Below are positions 62,692 to 64,000 of a DNA stretch of 64,000 nucleotides, piece after piece. Where the stretch lies: the NCBI RefSeq assembly GCF_003790525.1, contig NZ_CP033635.1. One strand, 5' to 3'. The DNA is from Escherichia coli. GTDB lineage: Bacteria > Pseudomonadota > Gammaproteobacteria > Enterobacterales > Enterobacteriaceae. The notes beneath the pieces are model-generated. The model was not told the origin of the DNA and ran no database searches. It worked only from the letters and a program-made list of their open reading frames with translations. The position numbers and the translations under genes are program-made. Position 1 is the first letter of the stretch. Every line of letters starts with the position of its first letter.

Positions 62692-63864
62692 TCAGGCCTT
62701 ATGGTGGAAATAATCACTCAGCCGGGAAAACATGCTGCCTTCCCCGACAGATTCCAGGGTAACCAGCGGCCAGTGCGCCACCTGTTTATCACGGTCGTAA
62801 AGTTCAATTTCCCCTACCCGCTGATGGGCGCTAATTGGCGCGGTGAGTTCTTTACCATCAAGGGTATATTTGGCTTTGATATGTGGAATTTCGGCTTTCG
62901 GTAGCACCATCCAGAACTCTTGTTCCGTTCCCAGGGCGATATTTTCTTTATCGCCATACCAGATGCGTTCCGTACCAACCTTTTTCCCACGGTGCAAAAT
63001 TTGCACCGTAGTAAAGTTTTGTTGACCCCAACGCAGTAATTTTCTTGCCTCTTCCTCACGACCTTTTGCGCTGTCAGCCCCCATTACCACTGCAATGAGA
63101 CGACGCTGCCCATCTACAGCCGAAGCAATGAGATTAAACCCGGCACCAGAAGTATGACCCGTTTTCAGGCCGTCAACATTCATGGTTTTATCCCACAATA
63201 ACCCGTTACGGTTTTGCTGGGTGATACCGTTCCAGGTGAGGCTTTTCTCACTGTACATATGATAAAACTCGGGCTCGCCGTGGATGATAGCGCGAGAAAG
63301 CACAGCTAAATCATAAGCCGAGCTATGCTGGCCAGGTGCATCCAGACCATGCACTGTTTCAAAATGCGTATCCTTGAGATGCAGCTTCTCGGCATAGTTG
63401 TTCATCATTTCAACAAACTGCCGTTGCCCACCGGCAATATAGTCAGCCAGTGCAACACAAGCGTCATTTCCGGAATCCACAATTAAACCACGGCTTAAAT
63501 CACGTACCGATACGCGATCGCCCTCTTTCAAAAACATCAGTGAAGAACCGACAAACACCGGATTATCTTTCGCCCACGCATCACGCCCCACGGTGACAAT
63601 ATCGTCTGGCGTAATGCGATGACTATCGATAGCACGATCCACGACATAGCCCGTCATCAGCTTTGTCAGGCTGGCGGGATTGCGCTGTTGATGCTCATTA
63701 CCCGCGGTGAGAATCTGACCGGTGGTGTAATCCATCAATACCCAGGACCCGGCATGAATCTCTGGAGGCTGAGGTGAAAAAGGAATGTTTTCCGCCGCAA
63801 AACCAGACGATAAATTAAAAACGAACAAAGAAGCAGCAATAATAAGACGGCGTTTCAACAGCAA
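62692..63864 (-). CDS. dacD: D-alanyl-D-alanine carboxypeptidase DacD (PBP6b)
   Basis: signal peptide, SxxK active-site motif (ASLTKLMT), SGN and KTG motifs. Confidence 0.9.
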   Translation of the reverse strand: MLLKRRLIIAASLFVFNLSSGFAAENIPFSPQPPEIHAGSWVLMDYTTGQILTAGNEHQQRNPASLTKLMTGYVVDRAIDSHRITPDDIVTVGRDAWAKDNPVFVGSSLMFLKEGDRVSVRDLSRGLIVDSGNDACVALADYIAGGQRQFVEMMNNYAEKLHLKDTHFETVHGLDAPGQHSSAYDLAVLSRAIIHGEPEFYHMYSEKSLTWNGITQQNRNGLLWDKTMNVDGLKTGHTSGAGFNLIASAVDGQRRLIAVVMGADSAKGREEEARKLLRWGQQNFTTVQILHRGKKVGTERIWYGDKENIALGTEQEFWMVLPKAEIPHIKAKYTLDGKELTAPISAHQRVGEIELYDRDKQVAHWPLVTLESVGEGSMFSRLSDYFHHKA

Positions 63865-64000
63865 ACCCTCAGGTGTTTCAAATAGCTGTTCTTTTTACGG
63901 AAATACTTATGAACTGGCTGGAATAAAGTGCAAGAAAATGTGACTACTATCTCATTTTTATCTGACATGATCTGTTGCCACTCGCTGCCAAATTGTCGCG

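Overview
This window reads as an Escherichia coli (or Shigella) chromosomal accessory region that ends in the conserved core genes yeeX-yeeA-sbmC-dacD (60.3-63.9 kb). All calls are from reading the ORF translations and sequence by eye; no searches were run. Left to right: (1) an aspartate/peptide catabolic island (0.2-9.9 kb) with a Dcu-family transporter, an aspartase-like gene, a PepT-like tripeptidase coupled to a DcuC-family transporter, a decayed group II intron and a secreted isoaspartyl-peptidase/asparaginase-family enzyme; (2) nested IS256-like/IS50-like elements, then an MgtC, nucleoside hydrolase, LacI regulator and MFS transporter cluster (10.2-17.3 kb); (3) an IS-scarred segment carrying the D-galactonate operon dgoRKADT, bracketed by an IS200 copy and an inverted solo IS200 end (17.5-26.8 kb); (4) a LysR regulator, Asp/Glu-racemase-family gene, second Dcu transporter and a second, about 99.7% identical, inverted copy of the aspartase-like gene (27.3-32.2 kb); (5) IS3/IS66 remnants and a four-gene operon with a DeoR-HTH/PfkB-kinase fusion and a phosphotriesterase-like protein (32.2-37.8 kb); (6) a CP4-44/CP4-57-like prophage-remnant island (about 38-60 kb) with an ISL3-like pseudogene, alpA, an intact IS150, a YeeP-family GTPase, DUF932, antirestriction, RadC-like, cbeA and a frameshifted cbtA. 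The most interesting element sits in that island where flu/agn43 lies in K-12 CP4-44: a translationally coupled three-gene operon (50362-54727) encoding a dynamin-like GTPase (CrfC/YjdA paralog), a YjcZ-like partner and a patatin-like phospholipase, preceded by a three-GATC palindromic repeat cluster that resembles a Dam/OxyR phase-variation switch. I propose it as a candidate, apparently undescribed, defence or abortive-infection system.
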